Part shown: piece after piece, positions 55,501-64,000 of the stretch
How positions within the stretch are numbered: the first letter of the stretch is position 1
How the letters are laid out: every line of letters begins with the position of its first letter
Source of the DNA: a virus
Virus record (IMG/VR): IMGVR_UViG_3300020281_000010
Strand: one strand, 5' to 3'
DNA length: 64,000 nt
The notes under the pieces: generated by a model
Seen by the model: only the letters and a program-made list of their open reading frames with translations
Databases searched by the model: none
Told to the model about the DNA's origin: nothing
Position numbers and translations under genes: made by a program

Positions 55501-56807
55501 TCTCATACTTTAACAAAGCGACTGAAGTTACTATTCATCACGCTAACCACTGTATGCACGATGTTGCAAACAACGTGAAGATTGAAGGAGTTGTCTCTGA
55601 AGTTTCTCCAACAGTTATTGACTCTGCATACCATACAAATGGAATCACTGCATCTGATGGTGTGTCTGGTACTTTCCAGTTACACGTTGCTGATGCTGCT
55701 GCATTCCACACTCTTATCAATGGTGCTGCAGTTTCTACCAGTAACCCTGGTTATATTATTCTTCGCGATCCTGATGTTGGACAAAAACACTTTGAGATCG
55801 TCCAGTACAATGGCATCTCTAGTGATGGTAAGATCCTAACTCTACCTTCAGGTTCTCGTGGTCAGTCAGGAACTGCTGCTCTGGTCCACAATGCGAACAC
55901 TATTGTTGAGTGTTACAACCTTGATGGTATTCCATTGGTTGAAATCAACAAACTTCATACACAGATTGGTTCACCTACACTTGATACCTACAAGATTGCA
56001 GTTACATCTGTTTCTAGCAATGGTATTAGAAACGGTGGATCAGACGTTACAGCAACACAGAACGTCCAGTTTGAACAGTTCTATCCTCAGATTCAGATGA
56101 CTGTTTATCCTGAGACAGAAGTCAATCCTAGAATCAACGTTGTTTCAGCAACTTCTCTCTTAGATGGTAACAATACAAGCGAAGCATCATTCATTAATGA
56201 TGGTGTTTACATCGATTGTATTTCCAACGAAGACAACTACCTTGGATTCCCCAAGATGGTTTGTTCACAAGTCAACGAAGATGCCAAACTATCTGGTTCT
56301 AAGTCATTGGCATTCCAGTTGTTGTTGAGTACAACAAACGAAAACGTGTCACCTATCATTGACCGTGATCGTTGTTCACTCATTACAACTTCAAACAGAA
56401 TCAATGAAATCAATCCTGCTAACTCAAATGCTGAGGACAGAACAGGTGATTTGAATGCTGCTGTTTACATCTCCAAGGTTATGAACCTGCTTCAACCTGC
56501 TAACTCCTTGAGAGTTTCATTCGAAGCGTGGAGACACCCTGATACCGAAATTCACGTAATGTACCGTACGTTGCCTGTGGGCACCTCACTGACATTTGAC
56601 GAAATCGGTTATACATATTTTAACGGTAACGGTAAGGAAGACAAAACTGTTCCTAAGACAGAAGGTATTCTCTATCGTGACCTCGAATACACATTCGAAG
56701 GAACCGAGTTTAGTTCTGCACAGATCAAAATTATTATGACCTCTAAGAACCAAGCGTATGTTCCTGAACTCAAAAACCTTCGCGTAATGGCATTAAGTGA
56801 CCTCTGA
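49596..56807 (+). CDS. large VrlC-like (DUF4815-type) virion structural protein, 2403 aa
   Basis: N-terminus TNLNIAPYFDDFD...FYRVLFRPGYPIQARELTTLQS; DPLAQSF; FKSQNASTW. Confidence 0.85.
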   Translation: MPQNTNLNIAPYFDDFDKANNFYRVLFRPGYPIQARELTTLQSLMQNQIESFGTHMFKDGSMVIPGQIGYDLDAKAVILQGSFLGADVEQYRNQITGTIVEGLTTGIKAKVLFSISSTESERGYITLYVKYLTSGGTDSDTREFVNNEQLVCASEITYGSSLIEIGTPFAQLLPTNSTAVGSTASIANGVYFIRGHFVDVNEQTIILDQYTNNPSYRIGLEIFESIVTPEDDPSLNDNATGTSNYSAPGAHRFRIRTSLVKKVIDDDTDKNFIELLRIRRSAVESFVERSAYNELAKELARRTFDESGDYTVRDFDVRVREHYNDGANGGVYLPGEISPQGNAASTAHYAVEIGPGKAYVRGFESETLVPTFIDLMKPRDTLALQNSIIPFELGQYMLMNNVQGSPIINGNNITANYQVVEFRDQAQGSNLSSNGQIVALGRIAAFEYHSGTTVNATSTIFKAYVFDLQPLTIFKTDAAVTLTQGHVIRGRTSKAKAFVEADVSGGQMFKVYQVYGSFRNGEILERDGIEIGTLSDHFAFEVTDARSMIGRDPDTNNIRFAADLMMDSQVVILGTNFNVSSGGATGTLTGTQSNFTLDVRPNDVFTQNGVNSLTIDRISTASTNIDNKITTAITATYSSNNIPAGDYGFLVRLRPQIYDRETADLMIEMPKESINNISDESAIVARSFDDITVTGANDFTISLPADEQFLAYDKDHYQLVSLAPTPGTLIDIESSLAFNSTGTPRTSLTVSGLTGVTSCRLIASISKNQAEKKLKNATQMEVMKVERTSNSSDRVKYGLTYGSLYGTRIEDEEISLGSTDVYNIHAIYESTDNEAAQIPNLQMQDATIFKEGTIIEGQTSKAKARVVNFNAVSYVCHFVYENNNQFVLGETVRGFDANDEVINGLINDAEGSINGGSKNITDDFFLDPNQKGHFYDISKLVRYAGSTKPLRKLMIVFDRFTHEATGDYFAAQSYVGIDYGKIPSFTENGVTKELRDVLDFRPAVTPVLSGSGTVSSPYYVNCASLDFKDRGFSSGGVANNATVIDIPKPESDFRCDYDYFLGRVDKLFLTDQQQFKVVKGISGEGQELPSDLDNAMLLATFFHKPYGYSPADVRISRENNRRFTMRDIGKIEKRVDNLEYYTSLNMLEMETASFSVKDADGFDKFKNGFLVDNFSSFDSAETRHEDFACALDFSEGILRASHYTTNVSLEYNDTASAGITNHSVGTLTLPYNEIQFIVQPYASRVENVNPFNVFAYIGRLDLFPSSDDWVSEEREPDRVVNIEGDFTAQVQALGGDTNTGFVPTQWNSWRTNWSSSSTSSSQQFMRRGSWPFIRRIFTNTTTTVSSQARSGIRTNVVPRIDRQSLGDRVIERTVIPFIRSRNIAFKIQRLKPNTRFYSFIDNVNVNFYTTPRLLEVIKNPVDDTRTNNTPFVVGETAVGQTSGCHLKLMDPNTGFDDDLNPYDSSELPSSYASTTPLLNIDTKIMSETVAGAYYGNPLEGEILVGQTSGARAVVKTKRLVANTNGDLEGIMWIPNPGVDTNPRFATGTRVIRLTTSPTDSRVPGQVDSAANANYVASGVIETKQTTILAVRNADVVRDTVTQDRTVNSVSTSVRDTGWYDPLAQSFLVESKGGAFLTGCELYFNTKDERIPVSVQVREMANGYPTTKVLAFSDVTLLPSQVNLSENGTVSTRFTFPSPVYVTENREYCLVVLSDSNEYKLWISRMGEDDITNDRTISEQPYAGVLFKSQNASTWTADQYEDLKFILHKAEFTPNSTGTAVFNNAELAIGNGGISRLRHNPIETLKPQLKIILSDHVANFTIGAELTQTDTNPVPSAIVREVVQGISGSSNAYIIVDDVNGEFREGVASGQNYIYRLVSSRSIANLTLTGVTGTFTVDEPVTNGSGASGMVTAWNAGTGVLTIKSVTGTFADADPITQTIQASTTGSGTIGSSGVSLSGDDINDYASAPISYFNKATEVTIHHANHCMHDVANNVKIEGVVSEVSPTVIDSAYHTNGITASDGVSGTFQLHVADAAAFHTLINGAAVSTSNPGYIILRDPDVGQKHFEIVQYNGISSDGKILTLPSGSRGQSGTAALVHNANTIVECYNLDGIPLVEINKLHTQIGSPTLDTYKIAVTSVSSNGIRNGGSDVTATQNVQFEQFYPQIQMTVYPETEVNPRINVVSATSLLDGNNTSEASFINDGVYIDCISNEDNYLGFPKMVCSQVNEDAKLSGSKSLAFQLLLSTTNENVSPIIDRDRCSLITTSNRINEINPANSNAEDRTGDLNAAVYISKVMNLLQPANSLRVSFEAWRHPDTEIHVMYRTLPVGTSLTFDEIGYTYFNGNGKEDKTVPKTEGILYRDLEYTFEGTEFSSAQIKIIMTSKNQAYVPELKNLRVMALSDL

Positions 56808-57018
56808 TTACATTCCCGTTAAAGGTCATCCCGATTTAGTTCGGGATTCCACCTCTAAAGCGATACTAAATACAAAACCCACACCTCCTGGGACCGCTGC
56901 TAAGAAGCGGAAAAGGACGGATGAAACCATCGATAACTTGAAATCTGACGTAGATGTGCTAAAATCAGATATGTCGGAAATCAAATCCTTACTGAAAACA
57001 TTATTGGAGCAAAAGTAA
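56797..57018 (+). CDS. small conserved protein
   Basis: VKGHPDLVRD...AILN followed by a coiled coil. Confidence 0.8.
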   Translation: MTSDYIPVKGHPDLVRDSTSKAILNTKPTPPGTAAKKRKRTDETIDNLKSDVDVLKSDMSEIKSLLKTLLEQK

Positions 57019-57245
57019 TGCCTGCAGATCAACCTGAATCAGTTGACCAAGATAAACTTCTTGGCGATTTTCAAGAACGCTATAAGCGTCTCATTGAAGA
57101 TAATCAAAGAATGGCGAAGATGATTCGCGCAAATGAACAACAAGCACTTAAACTTCAAGGTGCTATCGAAACTTTAGAATACTGCCTCGGTAAAGGAGAA
57201 GAAGCGGACACTGGACCCGAAGTGGATAACGTAGACGCTGCATAA
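57018..57245 (+). CDS. small coiled-coil protein
   Basis: LKLQGAIETLEY motif; TAATG coupling. Confidence 0.75.
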   Translation: MPADQPESVDQDKLLGDFQERYKRLIEDNQRMAKMIRANEQQALKLQGAIETLEYCLGKGEEADTGPEVDNVDAA

Positions 57246-57250
57246 ACCCT

Positions 57251-57271
57251 GGACCCGAAAGGGTCCTTTTT
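57251..57271 (+). terminator. intrinsic terminator
   Basis: GGACCC-GAAA-GGGTCC-TTTTT. Confidence 0.9.
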
Positions 57272-57278
57272 ATTTGCG

Positions 57279-57286
57279 TATAAATA
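57279..57286 (+). promoter_or_regulatory. perfect T4 late promoter TATAAATA
   Basis: Exact gp55 consensus, upstream of the tail fibre. Confidence 0.85.
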
Positions 57287-57336
57287 TCTGAGAGGCAGAC
57301 TATCTCCGTAATCGGATACCCCACGTGTGTTAAACA

Positions 57337-60300
57337 ATGGCAAATAGAATCCAACTAAGACGTGATGGTGCTCAGCAGTGGGCAAACATCAACCCAATCC
57401 TTGCACAAGGTGAACTTGGAATCGAAATCGATACTTCTCGTATCAAAATCGGTGACGGTGTTACCCCTTGGAACTCGCTGAAATATGAGCGACCATTGGA
57501 GACAGAATCCAATGCTGCAAATACTCTTGTAAAGAGGGACGCTGACGGTAACTTCCAAGCAGGTGCTGTTACTGCAACCCTTATTGGTAATGCCTCAACT
57601 GCCACTAGATTATCTAACGCACGTCAAATTCAACTTTCAGGTCAGGTTACTGGATCAGGTTCCTTTGATGGATCATCCAACTTGACATTGAACACAGACT
57701 TGTCACTTATGACGAGTTTGCCTCATTACGATCCTGCCAACCCTTCTGCTGAAGCACTTTATACAAGAGTTAGAGTTAACTCACAGGGTCGTGTGGTTGG
57801 TGCTGAACTTGCATCTACACTTTCTGACTATGGTATTACTGATGCTCAGGAATTGGATGATGACCTAACATCACTTGCTCAACTTACGAACGTTGGTATT
57901 CTTGTTCGTGCATCGCAAGGAAATATTCTTACCAGACAATTAACTGGTGGTGCAGGAAGAATTATATTCACAGTTCCTGACGGAACATCTCAAAACCCAT
58001 TCATCGACCTTGCAGATACTGCAGTGGTTGTTGGTTCATATAATACGGAATCCCTGACATCCGTCACTGGAAATGCCTCTAGTGAAACTGTTAATGCTAC
58101 TAAATTTACTGTAGACAGGTACGGTCGTTTGACCGCTGCCTTAACTGTGCCTATTGCTACCGCAACTGAGGGCACAAAGATGCCATCATATGATGCAGGT
58201 ACCTCGTATAGTAGATATGACATCATCACAAACGCATCGAAAGTTTACCAAGCACTTCAAGACCTTGGGAGTGGTCTTGGTGCTCCTACTCATACCTCTG
58301 GCGATAATGGAGGTTGGCGCTACCTCGCGGCTGAAGCGACGGAGCAGAAAGGACTGGCATCATTTGCACAGGAAGATTTCGACGTTGACAGCAACGGGCA
58401 CGTCACCATTGCCGCCGCAGCAGTTGACAATACACAACTTCAAAATAATGTAGTTGGATTTGCAGACGGAAATACTCTAGAAACATTTGAACTTGATAAC
58501 GAACTGACTGCCACATCAGGTTATCGTGGTTTCAACTATCTGAATTATGTTAAGGTTAATGATACTAGTGGCAACCTACTGTTTGGCGCTAATAATACAG
58601 GCGATGGTGGGTCTGGTGAGATTGATGTCAACGTCCGTTCCTATTTTTCTGATCCTGATATTACTCTTGATGGAACAGTTGATCAGACACTGGATAAGAC
58701 TGGAGATGGTAATCTAACATTCCAGACAACACAAGACTCTGCTTCAAATAGAAACCTCAGTATTCTTGCTACTAACGCAGGATCAGGAACTTCTAATGTA
58801 ATTATTACAGCAGAAGATACAGTACAGATCAGTGCATCTGATGCTGCAGGTAAGATTTGGATTGAAGATGCTAGAATTCAAGAGAACTATATTGCTACGA
58901 CTAACGCAACTCTTCACCTTGACCCTGGTGATGACAGAGCAAACTCAGGTACAGTTAGAGTTTGGGGTGATTTGCAGGTCGATGGAACTACAACAACTGT
59001 TAACAGCACGACTGTTACTATTGATGATCCTATCTTTACCCTTGGTGGAGACACTGCACCTGGATCTGACGATGGTCTAGATCGTGGTATTGAGTTCAAA
59101 TACTATGATACACAGGCAAGAGTTGGTTTCTTTGGATGGGATGAGGATCTAACACGTCTTGATTCTGGTACTGGTGGTTATGCATTCCTTTATAATGCAA
59201 CAAACAGCAGTGAAACATTTACTGGAACTGATGCTTATATCAAAGCAGGTGCTCTTTCTCTAACTACAAACACTGGATCTACATCAACTACCACAGGTAC
59301 ACTTGTAGTTACTGGTGGTTTTGGTCTTTCTGAGAATGCACATATCGGTGGTGAAGTAACCATCGCAGGTCAGACAGAAATTAATGACACTGTTATTATC
59401 AAATCTGATAACGAAGACTTTAAGATTCAGACTGGAGCAGGTGTAGATAAGTTTACAGTTGATACTGACACAGGTAACACAGTTATCGAAGGTACTCTTG
59501 ATGTACAACTAGAGACCAAAATTACTGATAACCTGATCGTTCAGGCGGACAATAAAAAGTTTGAGATTAAAACCGCAGGTGGTACATCTGTATTCGATAT
59601 TGATACAGATAATGGTAATGCACACAGTGATGGTACTCTTGATGTTGACGGTGGTGTCACATTCAACAGCACTCTTGATGTTGACAACAACACAACATTG
59701 AATGCTGAATTGGATGTTGATGGTAACTCAACCTTCCATAATAATATTCTTCTCGATACAACTGGTAAGACACTGACCATTACAAATGGTTCTGTCAATA
59801 AGTTCCAAGTTACTAGCACAAATGGTAACACTGATATTGAAGGAACTCTAAACGTTGCTCAGTTTGTATATCTTGAAGATAACGATACACCTACAATCTC
59901 TACTGACGGTAACAATAACTTTGTTATCAGTGGTGGTGACTACGGTGCATTTAGATTTGATGGTGGTGGTTACATTGAAGGAGATACTCTATTCAATAAT
60001 GACATCTATATCAACGGTGCTATCAACCAGAAAGACCAAGGTACTGCGACTGAAACATTCAGTACACAGAACTACTTGAGAGTACGATATAAGTTTAGAA
60101 CTGGTACAACTGCTGCATATACTCCTTCCTACGCTACACATAACAACTCTAACTTGAGAGTCTATGGTGGTGCAGGTATTGCTACTGATCTTCATATCGG
60201 TGACGATCTATACATCGGTAAACTTAACTCTGGTGATACTGTTGAGTTTAGTGTACTTGGTGAATCAGGTAACACTGAGATTGGTAGAACTGGACAGGGT

Positions 60301-63210
60301 TCAAACACTGCAGGTACTCTAACTGTTCACGGTGACGGTACATTTAATCGTAATGTTGCAATCAACGGTAACACAACGATTGGTAATGCCAACTCTGACA
60401 CTCTTACAGTCAACTCAGTATCCCAGTTTACTGACAACGTAACTGTTGATGGTGACTTGACAGTCAATACAAATGCCTTGATTGAAGGTAACTTGACTGT
60501 TAACGGAACTACTACAACTGTTAACTCAACCACAACACAACTTGATGATCCTGTCATCACACTTGGTGGAGATACTGCTCCACAGTCATCAGATGCCAAG
60601 GATCGTGGTGTTGAGTTTAGATATTACGATGGATCTGCTAAACTTGGATTCTTCGGTTGGGACAATTCTGCCTCAAGATTTGCTCTTTATCACAACGCAA
60701 CAAACTCAAGTGAAGCATTCGCAGGAACAAGATCAGGTATCGATGCAGGATCAATCAAACTATTCGATACAACCAACGCAACTAACTCAGGGTCTGGTGC
60801 TCTTATCGTTGGTGGCGGTGCAGGCATCGGTATGGATCTTTATGTCGGCGATGATCTCGTTGTCACAGACGATGGGTCCTTCGGTGGTAACCTTTCAGTA
60901 ACAGGAACATTTGATGTTACTAACGATCTCGCAGTTAATAATAATAAGTTTACCGTAGACGCAGGAACAGGTGATACACAAGTAGCAGGTACATTCGGAT
61001 CCTCTGGTGCTGCCACACTGTCCTCTACACTGGCGGTAAGCAGTAACACCACTATTGGTGGTACTTTAGGGGTTACGAACGCTACAACGCTTTCTAGCAC
61101 CCTTGCAGTGACATCCAATACAACCATTGGGGGCACTTTAGATGTTGATGGTGCAACGAACGTCACTGATACGTTTGGTGCTACTGGTGTTGTTTCCCTT
61201 ACCAACAATGGATCTGCAACCACAACAGGTAATTATACTGGCGATGGTGCTCTAAGAGTAACAGGTGGTGCTTCCATTGGACAGAATCTTGTCGTTTCAA
61301 ATGATGTTCGCATCTATGGCAATTCTGTTATCGACGGGACTGTAAGTTATGCAGGCATTCAGACCTATTCAGAAAAAGCAAGATTCAATAACAATGCAGA
61401 TGCAGTCAGTGCATCTAGCAATGTCGCTTCAATTTTCACAGCAGGTGGATTAGCAGTATCCAAGAAGGCATACATTGGTGATGACCTAGACGTTGGTGGT
61501 GGTACATTCACCGTTGACGGTCCTACAGGTACTACTGCAATCGGTGGTAACTTGGGAGTTACTGGTAATACCACACTCTCAACTGTCACCGCTTCAGGTG
61601 TTGCTGATCTTCAATCTACCGTAACTATCGGTGGTAACCTTGCTATCGGTAACAACAAGTTCAACGTTAACTCTTCTAACGGTAACACTGACATCGATGG
61701 TTCACTTGATGTTCTTGGTGCAACTGTTATTGATGACACACTGAATGTCACTCAGGCAGTTGACTTTGACAGCACACTGAATGTCGATGGTGGAACCACA
61801 CTGAACGCTGCTCTTGTAAACAACAGCACTTCATTGTTGAAAGATGACGTTATCGTTCGTGGTGCTTCTAAGACACTGAAACTTCAGAATGGTAACAGTC
61901 AGGACAAGATTACTCTTGAGTCCACAACTGGACACATCACTATGGCAGGTAACCTGACTACATCAGGTACTGGTGCATTTACAGATGCTGTCACAATGGG
62001 CAGCACCTTGGGTGTTACTGGAATGATCACTGGTAACTTGACTGGTGATGTCACAGGAACTGCAACAAACGCCAACAATATTGACGTTAACAATACAAAT
62101 AATAACACTACATTCTATCCAACATTCTCTGCCTCTAACACAGGGCACACAGGAATGTTTGTTGACTCTGCCAACCTCACATACAACCCATTCTCTAACA
62201 CTCTGAGTGTTACTAACTTCGTTTCTACAACGAACTTCGAAGTTCAGGGTAACTTGACTATCACTGGTAACATCCAGTATGCACAGTCACAGGTTGGTGA
62301 CATCAGTAACCACACAACCAATGCTCTTGCTGAAGGTTCAAACAATCTTTACTTCACTGATGAGAGAGTTGATGATCGTGTTGCTGCTCTGATCGTTGGT
62401 GGTACAGGTATTACTGCCACATATGATGACAACGGTAATATGTTGACCTTGAGTGCTACTCAGGCAGACATCAATACTGATAACATCACAGAAGGATCTA
62501 CTAATCTCTTCACCACTGCTGCTAGAACCAGATCACACTTCACATATGGAACTGGTATTACACATAGTTCTGGAACTCTATCAGTCACTCAGTCAGATAT
62601 TAACACTGATAATATCACTGAGGGTTCAACAAATATCTTCTATACCAATGCTAGGTTTGATACCCAGTTAGCAACTAAGGATACAGGAGATCTTGCTGAA
62701 GGATCTAACCTTTACTATACAGACGCTCGTGCTGATGCAAGAATTGCTGCAGCAACTACAAGTGATCTGACTGAAGGATCTAATCTTTACTACACAGATG
62801 CTAGAGCGGACGCGAGAATCGCTGCTGCATCTACCAGTGACCTTTCTGAAGGAACAAATCTTTATCATACAACTGCTAGAGCACGTGCTGCTATCAGCGC
62901 AGGTGGAGATCTCTCATACAACGCCTCTACTGGTGTAATGAGTGTCACTCTTCCGACTGTATTCTCTGGCAACTACAACGATCTATCTAACCTACCTTCG
63001 CTCTTCTCTGGAGCATACAATGATCTGACTGGTAAACCAACCCTCGGAACCGCTGCTGCTACAGCGTCAACTGATTATGCTACTGCTGCACAAGGTGCTA
63101 AGGCAGATACTGCACTTCAGGCAGAAACAATCACCTTAGCAGCACTTAAAACTGCTGCTGCAAACTCCGCTACTTACGCTGCGTTCCAAGCTGCAATCGC
63201 TGCTCTCTAA
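57337..63210 (+). CDS. tail fibre protein (1957 aa)
   Basis: Mtd-N-like N-terminus RIQLRRD...NPILAQGELGIEIDT..IKIGDG; L.V.G.T beta repeats; C-terminal EG..NLY repeats. Confidence 0.88.
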   Translation: MANRIQLRRDGAQQWANINPILAQGELGIEIDTSRIKIGDGVTPWNSLKYERPLETESNAANTLVKRDADGNFQAGAVTATLIGNASTATRLSNARQIQLSGQVTGSGSFDGSSNLTLNTDLSLMTSLPHYDPANPSAEALYTRVRVNSQGRVVGAELASTLSDYGITDAQELDDDLTSLAQLTNVGILVRASQGNILTRQLTGGAGRIIFTVPDGTSQNPFIDLADTAVVVGSYNTESLTSVTGNASSETVNATKFTVDRYGRLTAALTVPIATATEGTKMPSYDAGTSYSRYDIITNASKVYQALQDLGSGLGAPTHTSGDNGGWRYLAAEATEQKGLASFAQEDFDVDSNGHVTIAAAAVDNTQLQNNVVGFADGNTLETFELDNELTATSGYRGFNYLNYVKVNDTSGNLLFGANNTGDGGSGEIDVNVRSYFSDPDITLDGTVDQTLDKTGDGNLTFQTTQDSASNRNLSILATNAGSGTSNVIITAEDTVQISASDAAGKIWIEDARIQENYIATTNATLHLDPGDDRANSGTVRVWGDLQVDGTTTTVNSTTVTIDDPIFTLGGDTAPGSDDGLDRGIEFKYYDTQARVGFFGWDEDLTRLDSGTGGYAFLYNATNSSETFTGTDAYIKAGALSLTTNTGSTSTTTGTLVVTGGFGLSENAHIGGEVTIAGQTEINDTVIIKSDNEDFKIQTGAGVDKFTVDTDTGNTVIEGTLDVQLETKITDNLIVQADNKKFEIKTAGGTSVFDIDTDNGNAHSDGTLDVDGGVTFNSTLDVDNNTTLNAELDVDGNSTFHNNILLDTTGKTLTITNGSVNKFQVTSTNGNTDIEGTLNVAQFVYLEDNDTPTISTDGNNNFVISGGDYGAFRFDGGGYIEGDTLFNNDIYINGAINQKDQGTATETFSTQNYLRVRYKFRTGTTAAYTPSYATHNNSNLRVYGGAGIATDLHIGDDLYIGKLNSGDTVEFSVLGESGNTEIGRTGQGSNTAGTLTVHGDGTFNRNVAINGNTTIGNANSDTLTVNSVSQFTDNVTVDGDLTVNTNALIEGNLTVNGTTTTVNSTTTQLDDPVITLGGDTAPQSSDAKDRGVEFRYYDGSAKLGFFGWDNSASRFALYHNATNSSEAFAGTRSGIDAGSIKLFDTTNATNSGSGALIVGGGAGIGMDLYVGDDLVVTDDGSFGGNLSVTGTFDVTNDLAVNNNKFTVDAGTGDTQVAGTFGSSGAATLSSTLAVSSNTTIGGTLGVTNATTLSSTLAVTSNTTIGGTLDVDGATNVTDTFGATGVVSLTNNGSATTTGNYTGDGALRVTGGASIGQNLVVSNDVRIYGNSVIDGTVSYAGIQTYSEKARFNNNADAVSASSNVASIFTAGGLAVSKKAYIGDDLDVGGGTFTVDGPTGTTAIGGNLGVTGNTTLSTVTASGVADLQSTVTIGGNLAIGNNKFNVNSSNGNTDIDGSLDVLGATVIDDTLNVTQAVDFDSTLNVDGGTTLNAALVNNSTSLLKDDVIVRGASKTLKLQNGNSQDKITLESTTGHITMAGNLTTSGTGAFTDAVTMGSTLGVTGMITGNLTGDVTGTATNANNIDVNNTNNNTTFYPTFSASNTGHTGMFVDSANLTYNPFSNTLSVTNFVSTTNFEVQGNLTITGNIQYAQSQVGDISNHTTNALAEGSNNLYFTDERVDDRVAALIVGGTGITATYDDNGNMLTLSATQADINTDNITEGSTNLFTTAARTRSHFTYGTGITHSSGTLSVTQSDINTDNITEGSTNIFYTNARFDTQLATKDTGDLAEGSNLYYTDARADARIAAATTSDLTEGSNLYYTDARADARIAAASTSDLSEGTNLYHTTARARAAISAGGDLSYNASTGVMSVTLPTVFSGNYNDLSNLPSLFSGAYNDLTGKPTLGTAAATASTDYATAAQGAKADTALQAETITLAALKTAAANSATYAAFQAAIAAL
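62330..62890 (+). repeat. D.L.EG..NL[YF][YF]T..R protein repeats
   Basis: Six copies, including two nearly identical 25-aa units at about 62690-62840. Confidence 0.8.
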
Positions 63211-63216
63211 TAACCA

Positions 63217-64000
63217 ATGGCAAATCCTACATCTAAAGCAGAACTCAAAGAGTATGCACTCCGTAGACTGGGTAAACCAGTCTTGGAGGTTAACGTATCA
63301 GACGATCAGATTGATGATTCTATCGATTATACAATCGAGAAGTTTCAGGAATTTCATTATGGTGGATCAGAAAGAGTATATCTAAAGCATCAGTTTACTG
63401 CTGATGAGATTACTGCATTTCAATCAGATACTACTGAGACCGTAGGTTCTACAGAGTTCAAGACGCAGAATAATTATTTGACATTGCCTGACCACATTTC
63501 TTCAGTGAACGGTATCTTCACCTTCACTGATAAGGGTACTCGCAATATGTTTGATATTCGTTATCAAATGAGATTGAATGATCTGTTTGATTTTACATCA
63601 ACACAGTTCTATCACTACTATATGATTCAGACACACCTTGAAACAATTAACTTCTTGTTAGAGGGAATGAAACCAACTAGGTTTAATGCCTCCCAAGGTC
63701 GTCTTTACATTGACTTCGATGCAAAGACTGATGTTGTTGATGGTGGGTACGTTATCATTGACTGTGTTCGTGCTCTTGATCCTGCAAATTGGAGCAAGAT
63801 TTATGGATCTATTTGGGTGAAAGATTATGCAACTGCAATGATTAAAAAATACTGGGGTACCAACCTTACGAAGTTCCAAAACGTGCAACTTCCTGGTGGT
63901 GTCACCTTGAACGGAGAAAAAATCTATAGTGATGCGGTTACTGAACTAGAACAACTAGAAGAAAAACTCCGTACCACATACGAAATGCCACCTCTAGATA
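63217..64000 (+). CDS. gp13: neck protein gp13 (3'-truncated by window edge; absent from ORF track)
   Basis: MANPTSKAELKEYALRRLGKPVLEVNVSDDQIDD...KDYATAMIKKYWGTNLTKFQNVQLPGGVTLNGEKIY. Confidence 0.93.
   Translation, partial: MANPTSKAELKEYALRRLGKPVLEVNVSDDQIDDSIDYTIEKFQEFHYGGSERVYLKHQFTADEITAFQSDTTETVGSTEFKTQNNYLTLPDHISSVNGIFTFTDKGTRNMFDIRYQMRLNDLFDFTSTQFYHYYMIQTHLETINFLLEGMKPTRFNASQGRLYIDFDAKTDVVDGGYVIIDCVRALDPANWSKIYGSIWVKDYATAMIKKYWGTNLTKFQNVQLPGGVTLNGEKIYSDAVTELEQLEEKLRTTYEMPPLD

Noticed and set aside
57337-63210. Diversity-generating retroelement (Mtd-like N-terminus)
   Set aside because: No reverse transcriptase and no TR/VR pair differing only at adenines in the window. Only the anchor domain is Mtd-like.
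100-63888. The many minus-strand and alternative-frame ORFs in the track
   Set aside because: They overlap well-supported + strand genes, have no recognisable motifs and are explained by codon bias (shadow ORFs).

Overview
This window is a fragment of a T4-like cyanophage (cyanomyovirus) genome. Every convincing gene lies on the + strand. 1-4.1 kb: small hypothetical genes, a 2OG-Fe(II) oxygenase fragment and an SF2 helicase. 4.1-11.9 kb: an A/C-rich early region of about 35 mostly tiny ORFs, many missed by the supplied ORF track. These are driven by about 12 copies of a promoter built from a 22-bp inverted repeat, a 30-32 nt spacer and a -10 box, and include a PvuII-like endonuclease and an HNH endonuclease. 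12-19 kb: NlpC/P60, an AbrB-like protein, a second oxygenase, a second HNH, a large structural protein and PAAR. 19-64 kb: the baseplate/tail module (gp25, gp6, a 6916-aa giant, a YHYH protein, a gp9-like fibre, gp8, a VrlC-like protein, a 1957-aa tail fibre and the start of gp13), with T4-type late promoters. Most notable: (1) six phycobiliprotein-like helical repeats with an invariant Cys-x-x-Asp in the giant virion protein; (2) a five-level nested (matryoshka) domain insertion in the same protein; (3) complete amicyanin-type copper ligand sets in two other virion proteins; (4) an early orphan PvuII-like nuclease in a genome that appears depleted of RGCY and GCTGG; (5) a candidate structured RNA and two antisense sigma70 promoters at the early/late boundary. 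All family assignments were made by eye from motifs. No database search or k-mer count was run.
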